64,000 bases of DNA from Octopus sinensis (taxonomy: Eukaryota), in assembly GCF_006345805.1 (NCBI RefSeq), contig NC_043003.1, forward strand, positions 19,034,001-19,098,000. Reading direction: 5' to 3'. The notes below the pieces were generated by a model. That model ran no database searches. It was not told where the DNA came from and saw only the letters and a list, made by a program, of their open reading frames with translations. Position numbers and translations under genes: made by a program. Below are positions 12,595-25,700 of this stretch, in pieces. Position 1 is the first letter of the stretch; every line of letters begins with the position of its first letter.

Positions 12595-13343
12595 AGGGAA
12601 AAATGGTTACCAGGGTGGTAGTTATCAATAAATAGCTGATCTATAAAAAAAGAAAAAGAATGAAGAATATCACAAAATTACTTTAAAAAGATGATGAGAA
12701 AAGCCTCATATTTTATTGATAGTTCCATTCTGTAGAAATATACTATTATTATTATTATCATTATTATTATTGTATATTGATTGGTTGACTTGGGAGCTGA
12801 AATCATTAAGTCTTTCATGTAGAAAGAAACATGACTAGATCAAAAATAGATTTATAAGTTATATCTGATTTTTGCCTATTTAGTCCTCATTAAAGTGTAT
12901 GCATGTGTATATGGGCGTGGGTAATTATGTGTGCTTGTCGGCATGCATAGAAATTTGTGTTTGCTTGTTATCTATCAGTGTAATTTGTGTGTGTGTGTGG
13001 GTGGGTGTATAAATGTGTGTATGCGTTTATGGCTGTGTGTTAGAAACTCATTCTGCAACCTCATGGTTTTGGGTTCAATTCCACTGCATGGCACTTTGGG
13101 CAGATGTCTTCTGTTTCAGTTCTGGGCACACCAAAGCCGTGTGAATGAATTTGGTAGATGAGAACTGTGTGGAAACCTGCCACATACATACATATACGTG
13201 TGTGTGTGTGTGTGTTCACCCCCACCGCTATTGCTTGACAGCTGGTATTGGTTTGTTTATGTCCTTGTAATTTAGTGGTTCAGCAAAAGAGACTGATAGA
13301 ATAAGTACCAGACTTTAAAAAAGCTTAAGTATTAGAGTCAAAA

Positions 13344-13675
13344 CTAAGGGTTCTCAATCATTTTTTACCTCTTAGCCCCTTTGATTACTATATTATTCTA
13401 GTGGACCCCGTAGCCATTCGATGTTTAAAAATTAGTTTTATAGAAACTTCTTTCAAAATTTCTATATTGTTTTTCATATATTAGCTTGTGTAGGTTGTAC
13501 TATGTAAAATGTTAGAGAAACCTAGCTGTTTCTTGCAGTGCATACCGATACATACATCTAGAGCAAGACTTTTTCAGGGACCCTTAAATTACTATTGTGG
13601 ATCTCTGATTTACTATTTTGTTATGTGACCCCCCCACCCAAAATTTTATATATGGACCCCATTTGAGAACCACTG
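13344..13675. mobile_element. hAT-like MITE inserted in a SINE tail (related copy 47861-48111)
   Basis: ggttctcaa...ttgagaaccactg termini; the SINE tail resumes after 13676. Confidence 0.6.
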
Positions 13676-14884
13676 GACTAAACCCTTGAAGGTGGTGCTT
13701 CAGCATGGCTGCAGTCCAATGACTGAAACCAGTAAATGATAAAAAATAGAAAAAAATATTCCTTTTACAGTGGAGAATAAGATTGGCTCACACACACACA
13801 CACAACGTGTGCGCACATACAAACACATGTATTTCAATATACAAATAGGAAAAAGAGTACTCAGTATCCGTTGTACTCCTATTTTCTTGCCATGTGCAAT
13901 TCACCAGCGCCCCTAAAAATATAGATGGAAAAACCTTGGTCAGAGTGGAAGTTCAGGAACATGTTGAAATATGTTTTTAAATTTCATTTTTTCAAATCCT
14001 GTCTACAGCTCTGTTTTGTAAATCTCAATAATACAAACAAGTTCCTCTCCAATTTCTTTGTCTCCATCATCATTAATATGTCCCTTTTCAATGCTGGCAT
14101 AGGTTGGACAGTTTGACAGGAGCCGCCTAGCTGAAGAGCTGCCAGGCTACATGTCTGTTTTGCCATGGTTTTTATGGTTGGATGCCCTTTCTAACACCAA
14201 CCACTTTATAGAATGTACTGGGTGCTTTTTACATGGCACCAGCACTTTTTATGTGGCACCAGTACCAATCATTTTCTTTATTACACCTCTCCCACTCATC
14301 TCCAAAATTATCTTTCTAAAAGCTTGATATAACTAGATATTTATAGCAGAGGTTTATTGTTTGTCTATTAGAGATATCTACAATTATATTCCTATGCGTT
14401 TTGTGTTGAGTAGGCTTTCAAACTGACTTGCTTGAATGTTCATTCTAAAATTTAGTTTTGTTGTGATTTATTACACAGAGGATGATAAAGTTACAGACTT
14501 TGGAAACACATTATGATATCATTATTTAGAGTTCCCTTTGCTCTGTTTTTTTTTATTTGTGTGTTTAATTTAATTTTATTTATTTATTTATTGATTTGGA
14601 TTAGAAAGTTTTGAATTTGTAGACATTGTGGTGAATGAGAGAGAATCTGCTATAGTCTCGGAAGAAATACTTTATTGTATTAATTTACATTACTTCAGTT
14701 CATATGCTGGCCAGGTCAACTTTGCCTTCCATCAATATGTAATATGTACTATTATAGTACGTATGTGTGTATACACTATAATTATAATACATACATATAC
14801 AGTATTCATATGTATTGTATGTATACTTGGTGTTGTGGGAACTTTCCTTGGATTCTGCCCTGTGGCAAATGTACATATAAACAA

Positions 14885-15260
14885 AACTTATTATGTATGT
14901 GTGACCAATGATATTTATTGGGGTTTGAACAATTCACCTCTGGAAACATGGGTGTTTCATTCAACATCCTTAAACAACCCTTATTCAGGGACCTTTTGAG
15001 CGGGATGGGTTACTCGACCAGAAGAAAGTTCTAACTGGGCCCCAATTGCAAGGTCATGTGCTGTTTATCTTGATATGAGATCACCATGTCGCGCACATAT
15101 GGTTGTGATGCATGTGCCTAATGTACTCTTATCAGACGGGTAATCATGATGGGTACATTGGGCTTCGTATATTTTACCCCAGTGTCACTTTGATGGCATG
15201 CACTGCTCTCTTACTCAATAATAATAATATTAATAATAATAATAATAATATTAATAATAG
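14885..15260 (+). mobile_element. 3' part of a SINE/LINE with (AAT)n tail
   Basis: GC-richer block ending gcatgcactgctctcttactc(AAT)n; recognised from memory as an octopus repeat, single copy here. Confidence 0.5.
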
Positions 15261-16307
15261 TTACCATTATCATAATCTTCATTATGATGACCATCAATTT
15301 TTTTGTTTTGTTTTGTTTTCTTTTGGGGTTCCTTTTCAGTGTTAATGTGTGTAATGGTTTACATTGCTATTCAACAACTGGTTCCAGAATGGCTTTTTAT
15401 AATATCTTCGTATTTCTTGTGCCAACTCTTAGACCAATCGCATTACACTTATCTTTTTGCGTTTCCCACTTTTTAAAGCAACTTTCCTTTTGGATTTTCC
15501 TGCAATTAACATCTGTTGTCTACAATTGCTGGGGTTCCACTGCATTCCCCCTTTATTACTACTGCAACTCCTACTACTACTACTACCACCACTGCTACTG
15601 CATCTTAAACATCAAAGGCTGTTTGGTTTACATAGTGGTGGGTAATAATAATAATAGTAATAATGATAATAATAAACGATAATTTAAGAAGATTGACGTA
15701 AGTTTTCATGAAGATAAATTCACAATAAGAAGAGTGCGATACGATATGTAATGAATAGTGACTGACCCTTTTCCAAAAGGAACGCAGGATATTGCAGTTC
15801 AAATTTTGAATTTCTGTATTTCTGCGTATTTCCCATTTTTCATTTTGAACCCAGGGAAGACAAACATACCTTAGAAATATTCTTCAATTCAATGGAGTCA
15901 ATCTCTATTGCTTACATATTGTATCACGCTCTTCTGATTGTATAATAATAATAATAATAATAATAATTAATAATAATTAATAATAACAATAGTAACCTAT
16001 GTCTTTTAAATTCTAAGACATTTGTTTGAACTTATTGTTGTTTTTTCATTTTCTTTTGTTTTCACAAGGAAATTTGATTTAATCCGCCGCCAATTCAGGT
16101 TGAAGTGACCTTTTATCTTTACTTATTTATTTATCCATTTATTTATTCATTCATATATTTATCCATTTATTTATATATTTACAATTACTCAATATTAAGA
16201 GTGGTTTTTCATTTTTTTTTTTTTCTATTCTCCCCATGTTCTTATAACACGTATTCCTGCTGCTTCCCCTCAACTAACAGAAGCCGTTTTTTTTTTTTTT
16301 TGTTTGG

Positions 16308-16338
<31 letters not shown>

Positions 16339-17213
16339 TATATATAAATGGTAAAAGAAAATATATAAATGCCTACTCTCGGATTTATTAAAACAAAGAT
16401 TCAAGCTTGCTTACATCATTATTCATAAGCTCAGCTTTGTAATAGTAGGGAGGATATTAAATCAGAAGAAATAAATCAGTTATTTGATAGCTTCAATCTA
16501 GCATAACAATTGTACATATTAATAATAATAATAATAATAATAATAACAATAATAATAATGATAATAATAATAATAATAAAAACAACTGTTAATATCGGTA
16601 AATGTTTATTTTATGTAATTGTTGCTTTTCATCTCTTTGTATGATGTTTGGCCTGGAAGATCAATAGTTGATCTCATGCCCGCTACTACTCCCAGGATAA
16701 ACTTGCATTATTATTATGTAGTTCCCTGTTAAAGACTACTGAAAGTGTTTTGGTAAAGCCAGCAACTCTTTCCCATCATATATATACTACAATGTGCCTA
16801 GGCACAGGAGTGGCTGTGTGGTAAGAAGTTTACTTTCCAAGTACATGGTGTCAGAACCATGTAGTTGGGAAGCAGTCTTATTGCTGGCACCTTGGGCAAG
16901 TGTCCTCTGCTATAACCTCAGACCGACCAAAGCCCTGGAGGGTGGATTCAGTAGATGGAAGCTGAAAGATGTCTATTGTGTATATATGTGCGTGTGTGTG
17001 TCTTTGTGTCTGTGTTGCTCTCCCCCACCACCATATGACAACCAGTGTAACTTTGCAGTTTGGCAAGAGACCATTAGCATAAGTACTGGGCTTTAAAATA
17101 ATTAGTATGATGGTTGATCCAGTCAGCTAAAATTCTTCAAGGCTGTGCCCCAGCATGGCCACAGTGTAATGATTGAAGCAAGTAGAAGGTAAAAAGAAAG
17201 ATAATATATATAT

Positions 17214-17241
<28 letters not shown>

Positions 17242-17244
<3 letters not shown>

Positions 17245-17492
17245 CAAATATTCTATAATTATAAACATAATTATAATCAGGGGTCAGTTAATTGCTTCGC
17301 CATGCACCAAAATTAGAAATAGGAGTTAAAGTGCCTTTTCTGCTACCATAAAGATCTCCCAGACAGTAACACTGGGAGATCTTTATGGTAGCAGAAAAAG
17401 TATTTTAACTCCTATTTCTAAATCCGGTGCGTGGTGAAGCAATTAGCTGACCCCTGATTATAATTATGTTTATAATTATAGAATATTTGTAT
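17242..17492. mobile_element. Foldback MITE, 121-bp arms, 9-nt loop, TA flanks
   Basis: Arms 17242-17362 and 17372-17492 differ at 9 of 121 positions. Confidence 0.85.
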
Positions 17493-17659
17493 AATTTTAC
17501 CTAAAAAGGTTATTTTAACGTACTGAACTACTTGGTAAAATTATTAATTAATTAATTTTACTCTTTTATTATTATTGATATATATATATATATATAGATA
17601 TAGATAGATAGATAATAGCTTCATGCATACATGCACACACACACATGTAGATGCAGAAG

Positions 17660-18105
17660 TGTGTGTGTGGTAGAGAAGATTGCTTCCCAGCTATGTGGTT
17701 TCGTGTTCAGCCCTACTGAACAGCACCTTGGCCAGTATCTTCTACTATAGCCCTGGGTCAACTAAAGCCTTCTGGGTGGATTTGGTGGAGGGAAATTGAA
17801 AGAGCTCTCTCTTTTATTTATATGTATGTATGCAAGTATGTATATATGTATGTACTTACATTTGTCTTGAGCCCAGCTGATGGTTGTAACTGTGTAAATG
17901 AGTATCACTGTCACATAAGTGATGCTGCCCAATTCTAGTCTTCCATGAAAGACCTGTCTGACTATGAGAGAAATATTACTTTGCTTGGAAAAGGCGAGGG
18001 TTGGCAACAGGAAGGGTACCTGTTGAAAATCTGCAACAAATTCTGTCCAACCTATGCAAGAATTACAAACTGGACATTAAATGATGACACACACACACAT
18101 GCACA
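17660..18105 (+). mobile_element. Family A head with alternative RTE-like tail (related: 19700-19915, 22060-22365, 36310-36460, 47100-47345, 58180-58382)
   Basis: Same head, then aatattac(c/t)ttgcttggaaa..ggttggcaacaggaaggg..(GAT)n-like tail. Confidence 0.65.
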
Positions 18106-18205
18106 TATCTATATAATGATGGTTCCATGATGGTAAGATCAACAAAAAAAAAGGTATTCTATCAGGTGAGAGGTAAATATTTAATAGACACAATACATGT
18201 TTTTA

Positions 18206-18262
18206 TGTGCTATTAATAGTTTCATATGTTGAGAAGTACCTCAAGCATATTCATCAGGCACA
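18206..18262 (-). ncRNA. Inverted hammerhead copy with AUA triplet (stem III mismatch)
   Basis: Reverse complement of arm 1 of the 18178-18382 foldback: CTGATGA...GAAACtattaATA. Confidence 0.6.
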
Positions 18263-18297
18263 AACTAACTAAAAATAGTTCCTTACGACATGCGGTC

Positions 18298-18354
18298 TGT
18301 GCCTGATGAATATATTTGAGGTGCTTCTCAACATATGAAACTATTAGTAGCACA
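18298..18354 (+). ncRNA. Minimal type I hammerhead ribozyme, core intact
   Basis: Stem I tgtgc/gcaca, CTGATGA 18303-18309, stem II atat..ttgag/ctcaa..atat, GAAA 18337-18340, quasi-palindromic stem III actattagt, GUA cleavage after 18349. Confidence 0.8.
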
Positions 18355-19962
18355 TAAAAACATGTATTGTGTCTATTAAATAATTAACACACACGCACAT
18401 ACATACATGGATGAACAAATGAAGTCTGTGATGCAGTTTTCTGCATGGAACTGTTTGAGCTCAATACTGCTAGCTAACAAACACACACATATACATACAA
18501 TTTCCACTATTCACAGTGGCAAACTGTATGTTTCCCTCTTCCTTCAATTTACATTTTTGTTTTTACTGTTAAGTGGAAAGAGACTTCTAGGTTTAAGTGT
18601 ATTTCTTTGCGATAAAGTATGTTGCTGGTGAAGGAATAGCAGCCGTCGTTTCTTCACACAACTAGCAATGTTGCATTTCTGATGCCTTAGAAGAATGTCA
18701 GACTGTGTATGGTAGCTAAGAGCTTCAGGTTTATGTCCAACCTGTATCACCATACTTTCTAATATTCCCGTCTAACCATGACCTCTAGTTTTTATGGGAT
18801 TAGTTCTACCAGAGCCGTCATTTATCTTCATTAAGAAGCAGGTGGGCTTCATTATATAACAGTGAAATCAGGAGTTTATTGCCGTTTTAATGTTATTGGC
18901 AGGCAGTTGGTTTCTACAGTCCTATAGATATAATATATTACAAAACATGTTTTTATTAATACAGCAGTGGTTGCGTGCTTAGCCAGCAAAATCTGCAAAC
19001 CAAGTTTGTTTCACTGTTTCAAGGACTGTTTATTCTGCTTATGTCCAATGTAATGATAAGCATCAATGCTTCCTCTCTATCCATCTCTCTCTCTCTCTCT
19101 CTCTATCTATATATATATATGTGTGTGTATATGTATGTATATATGTGTATATGTATGTATATATGTATATGTATGTATATATGTGTATATGTATGTATAT
19201 ATGTATATATATATATATGTATATGTGTATATATATATATTTATGTATATATATGACTCCATAACTACCATCTCAGCTATAGCCTTGGAGCCCTGGTAAT
19301 CCGTTACACCACTTACCTAGCATATCTAATTGTTTAAATCACCTGTGTAGTAAACCCCCATATTTTGTATATATATATTATATATATATATGCTTAGGCA
19401 GACAAAGCTATTGATGGATAAGTGTCTTTGTCATCAAGGTAGTGCAGTGGCTCTGGCAGGATGTGAACTAAAATCCTTTTAGTCATCAAAAATAACATTT
19501 AATGACTTGATGAGTTATTGCTTTCATTGATACTGAAGGTGCTCAGTTCTGACAAAACAGAAAGCTTAGTTACAAATCTATTAAAGACCTTTTTTTTTAC
19601 TTAGATCCTGGGTTGGGAAGAATGGACAGAGGTCATACCCTTCATGAGATCAATGCCTTTAGTGTTCCTCTTGAACATTTCAAGTCAACATAATTATCAT
19701 TTTAATGTTCATTTTTCCATACTTGCATCAGTCAGCTGGAGTTTATTGAGGCAGATTTATTTTCTATGACAGGATGCCCTTCCTGTTGCCAACCTTCTCT
19801 TTGTAAGCAAAGTAATATTTCCTCATTGGCAGAATATTGGAAATGAATGATACTGCTTGTATGATAGCGACACTCATACAAGTGTCATACAGTTATCGTA
19901 CATCATGACAAATAGACACAAACATACATACACTGATATATATATATATATATATGTGCACA

Positions 19963-20625
19963 CTAGGGTGGAGTGAAAATTAAAAAAATGTGGTAATTGA
20001 AAATGTTTGAGGACTAAAATGTTGTTATATTTGACTAGAAAAATGCTAAATTTTAGCTGAGATCAATCAAAAGCATTTACTCCTTCAAGCCCCCATACTC
20101 CAAAAATGGGGGTTTTTTGTAAATTTTTTTTTACAATAGTGGAGTTTGGCGGGGTTTGAGGGAGTAAATGCCCTTGACTGATATAAACAAAAATTTTGCA
20201 TTTTTCTAGTAATAATATATAGCAAGATAGAGCATTTTCAATTGTTTATTTTTTCTCCACCATAACACACATATATATGTGCGCAGGTATATAGATTGTG
20301 TAATCTAGGATGGAGTGAAAATAAAATATTGGGGAAATTGAAAATGCCTGAGGCCTAAAATCTTGCTATATATTATTACTAGAAAAATGCAAAATTTTCG
20401 CTTATATCAGTCTAGGGCATTTACTCTCTCAAACACCCCAAACTCCGCTATTGTAAAAAATTTATGAAAATCCCCCATTTTCGGAATTTAGGGAGCTTGA
20501 GGGAGTAAATACCCTCGTTTGATCCTAGCAAAAATTTAGCATCTTTCTAGTAATCAAATATAGCAACATTTTAGCCCTCAGGCATTTTTAATTTCCACAA
20601 TTTTTTAATTTTCACTCCACCCTAG
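19963..20625. mobile_element. Composite foldback element: two inverted about 310-bp MITE units (TIR ctagggtggagtgaaaa) plus about 45-bp spacer
   Basis: Units 19963-20262 and 20305-20625 are in opposite orientation and each is itself palindromic. Confidence 0.8.
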
Positions 20626-22739
20626 TGCATGCACACACACACAATAGTGTCATTTCAGTTTCTCCCAAATCCACCTACAAGGATTTGGTTGACTTGGACT
20701 ATATTAGAAGACACTTGCCCAAGTTGCCTCACAGTGAGACTGAACCCAGGACCATGTGGTTGAAAAGCGAACTTTTTAACCAGACAGCTATTCTTGTATC
20801 TGTGGGAAAGACATAAGCAGAAAAATAATTCTAAAAGGATGCCATTCTAGAGAGAAATGGCTGGGTTTTGTGATTAATGCATTATATTGAGGAAGGATGT
20901 CACTGTTCTTATGTATGTTTTGTGTACAGTTCAATGACTACGTGGGCCATAGCCACATTTCTTAAGGAAGGAATTTATTAAAAGATAAAACAAATTATGT
21001 TTTGTCTTAATGACCACCAGCTTAATTGGGCCGGTATTTGAAGATTTCAGAAGATTCTATAAATATCTGAAATGTCCCTTTATCGGAATAATTGTAATCA
21101 TGAAAGAAGAATCATATCCGTTCAAATATTAGATGACTCCCATACAGCAACCGTCTTCTATTTTCATAATGGAAAGTAGAGTTGAAAATAAGGCAACTTC
21201 ATCTTTGTTGAGGTACAATTTGGGTGTTGGGGAAGAAATGGAATAAAGTTTTATTAGAATACTGTTAGAATACAAATAGGACGTATTGAAATTATGAGGG
21301 TGATTGTGATATTGATTAAGGATTGATTAGATAGAGAAGATAAACTGCCCAATAATATCATTGGTTAATGGCCATTATCATCTCCCTCTTCTTCACCACC
21401 ACCACCATCATCATCAATATTCTTTCATCTTTTCAGTGCAATTTAGTAAATGATTTCAAAAAAAGGCTTTTTATAACAACTTCATTTTCCCCTTTGTACT
21501 GACACATCAGTCTCATTACAGCTATTTTAGTTTCTCCCCCATTTTTTTAATATTGCTTCTCCCTACATTTCCCTGCAATTAAAATATCCCTTATCAACAA
21601 TTGCTGGGTTTTTACTGCCAAAAAAACTAGAAGCCAAAAACAATTTGCTATATTGTTGAGTCATCTGTTGTTGAAGCTCAAAACCAAAGTAAGTATTGAA
21701 TTAGATTAAGAACAAAGAATTCACTGTATCTTGGGAAGGTAGTCATGCCAATAATAAACACATGCTGGTTCTAGTTCACTTCTTTTATTATTGGTTAATA
21801 CTTACAATATAAAAGAAATTAAATAAAACCAGTACCAATCAGATTAGAGCCTGGTGAGGCCTCCTGGCTTGCCAGTCCCCAGTCAAACTGTCCAACCCAT
21901 GCTAGCATGGAAAATAGACATTAAACGATGATGATGTGCATGTGCTTATTACTGGCATACTGACCCTCCCAAGATACAACAAAATATGTTTCAACGAAGG
22001 ATTACACATCAATTACAAACCAAATACAAAAACGATGGACAAAGCCGTGTGAGAGGATTTGATAGATGGAAACAGAAAGAAGCCTTTCTTGTGTGTGTGT
22101 GTGTGTGTGTTGAGTTTCTTTGTCTTGACATTGCATGATAGATGTAAATAAGTGTCACTGTCAAACGAGCAGTGTTATTCATTTCTGGTATTCTGCGGGA
22201 CCATGCCTGAGCATGGGGCAAACATTACCTTGCTTAGAAACAGGTGAGGACTGATGACATGAAGGGCATCTGGCTGTTAAAAAAATCTGCTTCAAATAAA
22301 TTCCATTTGACTCACTGCAAGCATGGAAAAAGTTGATGTTTGATGATGATGATGCTGGCATTCCGTATGGTAACCACACTTGCAAAATGCAATATTTGAG
22401 GAATTAGCAGATCAGCAACACGCTTCCTTTCTCTTCATGTTTGAGTAAACAGCCTTGTTTTGTTGGGTCTCAGAAATTTTCCCAGATTATAAGTTGCCTG
22501 TCATCTTTTTTTTAATTAACTTGTATATGAAACTGTTCTCTTCTCCTTGTTGCTTATCAGTTTATTCCATGTTGCTTATTAAGTGACTTAACTTACAAAC
22601 ATAGGCTTTATTTACAAATGTAATCCTTTTAATTTTCTTTTTAATCTTTACATGTTTTTCTCCTTTGATGATAAGTGGTCTTTGTATACAGAGACTATTT
22701 CTTTGACTACAATGTGGACTTAGCATATTAATAAATAAA

Positions 22740-22777
<38 letters not shown>

Positions 22778-25700
22778 GATCTGGCAGAATGGCTTATTGG
22801 TATTTAGTCTGTCTTTACGTTCTGTGTTCAAATTCTGCCGAGGTCGACTTTGCCTTTCATCCTTTCGGGGTCGATAAATTAAGTACCAGTTACGCACTGG
22901 GGTCGATGTAATCGACTTAATACCTATGTCTGTCCTTGTTTGTCCCCTCTATGTTTAGCCCCTTGTGGGCAATAAAGAAAAAAAATATATATATATAGAT
23001 AGATAGAGAGAGGGGAGGCACAAGCATGGCTATGTGGTTAAGAAGCTTGCTTACCAACCATGTAGCCTTGGGTTCAGTCCTACTGTGCAGCACCTTGGAC
23101 AAGTGTCTTCTGCTAACCGAAGCCTTCTGAGTGAGTTCGATAGATTTGGTATTCGGAAACTGGGAGAAGCCTATTATGTGTATGGGCATGGCTGTGTGGT
23201 AAGGAGCTTGCTTCCCAGCCTCAGGGTTCAGTCCTGGTGCATGACAACTTCGGGAAGTGTCTTCTACTGTGGCCTCAGGCTGACAAAAGCCTTGTGCCTC
23301 AGCATGGCTGCAGTCCAATGACTGAAACAAGTAAAAGATAGAACATGGTGGTGCTCCAGCATGACTGCAGCTGCATGGCTGAAATAAATAAAAGATATAT
23401 ATATAAACAGACACTAATGTTGGCATAGGTGAGTCGCTAAAGTATTATATAGCCAAACAGAATTGATAAGTTTCAATTTTGATGATGCCTGTCCATATTC
23501 TATTGATCTGTTTGTGCCTCTCTGCTAAGAAGGTTAGAGAACATGTAAAAGGAAAACTTCAATTATCTGTCCAAATTATATACAGTATTGATTGTCTAAC
23601 CTTTTCCAATATTAGTTTCTCCAAATTTGAGTTATATATTATCAGTTTCAACAATATATCTTTATTTAGAACATGACTTCATCAAAAGTATTCATAGTAA
23701 AAAAAAAAAAAACACAAAAAACCCCCCAAAAAATCACTATTTTGTGCATGACAGTATAATGTATAATATTTTCAGTAGTATGTGTATAATTTTTCTATTT
23801 CTTTTTTTTCTGGGTGTTGGTGGAGGGGAGGGGAATTAATCAATAGAAATGTTAAAAGGTTAATGTACTATTTTATATCAGTAGTTTTCAAGAATTGTTT
23901 TATTTATTTATATAAATTTATTATTTATTATTATTTTTTTTTTTTTTTTGTCTTCTGTTAAGAAAACAACTTGTAGTGTTTCCTCTCGTTATAAATAGAA
24001 ATAAATTATTGAGAAATCTGCAATGTGGTTTGACTGAAAGCAATGTTCCTGCAGCTGTGAAACCTTAACACTTTCACTATGATATTTCCGTTGAATACAC
24101 CCTCTTTGATTTTTTTTTTTTTCCAATTAATTTTTTTTTAAATAATGAAGAATTTAGTGAAACAACTCTGTCGTTATTAAGCTGGCGTTTAGAACTTAAA
24201 TCAAGATGAAATTTTAATGGGAAATTTTAATCTAAATCATTTTAACCCTTTGGCATTTAAACTAGCCATATGTGGACCAAATATTCTAGCTATTTTATGT
24301 TCAAACTAGCCAGGTCTGACCTCTAACACCTCAACAATGTCATTTTAAAACTAAACAATCACATCATCAAAATTTTGAAGTTGTGAGATAATGCATGACA
24401 AATTCAAAACACTGTGAATGAATAAGCATTACATTTGACTGAATAATCTAAATGCTAAAGGGTTAGAACTTGGAAGCTTGTACTATAGATTCAGGGTCAG
24501 TCTTGGGAAATTTGTATCAAAAGGTCTAACCCTTTTGATACCAACCTGCCTGAAACCGCCTCTGGCTCTGTAGTATAAATGTCTTGTTTTCAAAAGTTCT
24601 GAATTAAAATCTTCCACCAAACCTTAGTCACAATTTATGTTCCTAACACTAGCTGAATGATAAACTAAATTATTTTACTAATTCTTTGTTATATTTAAAA
24701 TTAATTGACAGAAACACAGAGCATCTCAACAGAAATATGGTAACAAAAGAGTTAAAGACATTTTAAGCTTCCCCATTCTAGAAGGAAAGAGGAACGCTTG
24801 AAACTTAGTGTAAAACTTGCCAAAATCTTTCAGTTAATACTTAGATTATATGCACACTTACACAGACACACACTATTCTTTAGAGATTTTTGTATAAATT
24901 ATCAGAAGCATTTTCCTACTAATATTCTGAGACCCTCTTTGGTCACGACACAGACCATGGGATTGCACCTAGAATGTTACCCTCCCAGACACAAGTCCGA
25001 GCAAGGTTGTTTATGGAAGACTAGCAGTCACTCATGCATACCAGCCTTCCCTCTCCAACTACTGATGTTATCCAAGGGAAAGGCAAAGGCCGATACAGCT
25101 TGGCACCAGTGACAGCTGAGTGAACTGGAGCAATGTGAAATAAAGTGTCTTGCTCAAGAACACAACACGCAGCCTGGTCCAGGATTCAAGCTCACAACCT
25201 GACCATCATAAGCTCGGCACTCTAACCACTGGGCCATGCGCCTTCACTACTAATATATAAGTAAAGAATCACTTATCTATTTATCTGACATGCTAAGCAT
25301 AGTTGTTATTTTTGGAGAGTGGCTGGATTGGGTTTGCTTTTAGATAGTCAAGCTTAAAACATGCTGAATTTTTATGGCATGTTTTAAGGATATTTATAGC
25401 ATAATGATCATATCTATGAAGAGAAGTTTGAAAAAATTTTAAAAGAAAACGGGTAGGTTTCAAACATTTACCATCAACTGGTTTGGAAAAGTAATTATAC
25501 TGTAATTAAAATGGTAGCTAGTGGAATTTCTTGGCATGAATTTTTAAATATTACACTTGGTCTAAGTATAAAGTTTTCAAGATGTTTTGAATACTAGAAA
25601 GCAGAATGAAGTTTTCTGCACCTGTATCCGGTATATGTTTAGTTACAAAGTAAACATGTTTATAAACATAGTGACAACCTAAACATATTTTACAAGTTTT

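Larger units (their letters stand above)
18178..18382. repeat. Inverted repeat, 85-bp arms, 35-nt spacer, made of two hammerhead-bearing copies
   Basis: Arms 18178-18262 and 18298-18382 are 81/85 identical. Confidence 0.9.

Noticed and set aside
12017-12631. Long ORFs with IY/YI runs (also 18975, 28119-28706, 55695-55966)
   Set aside because: Stop-free microsatellite translations.
21631-21694. Possible exon ending at gtaagt 21689
   Set aside because: No good acceptor giving a phase-compatible exon.
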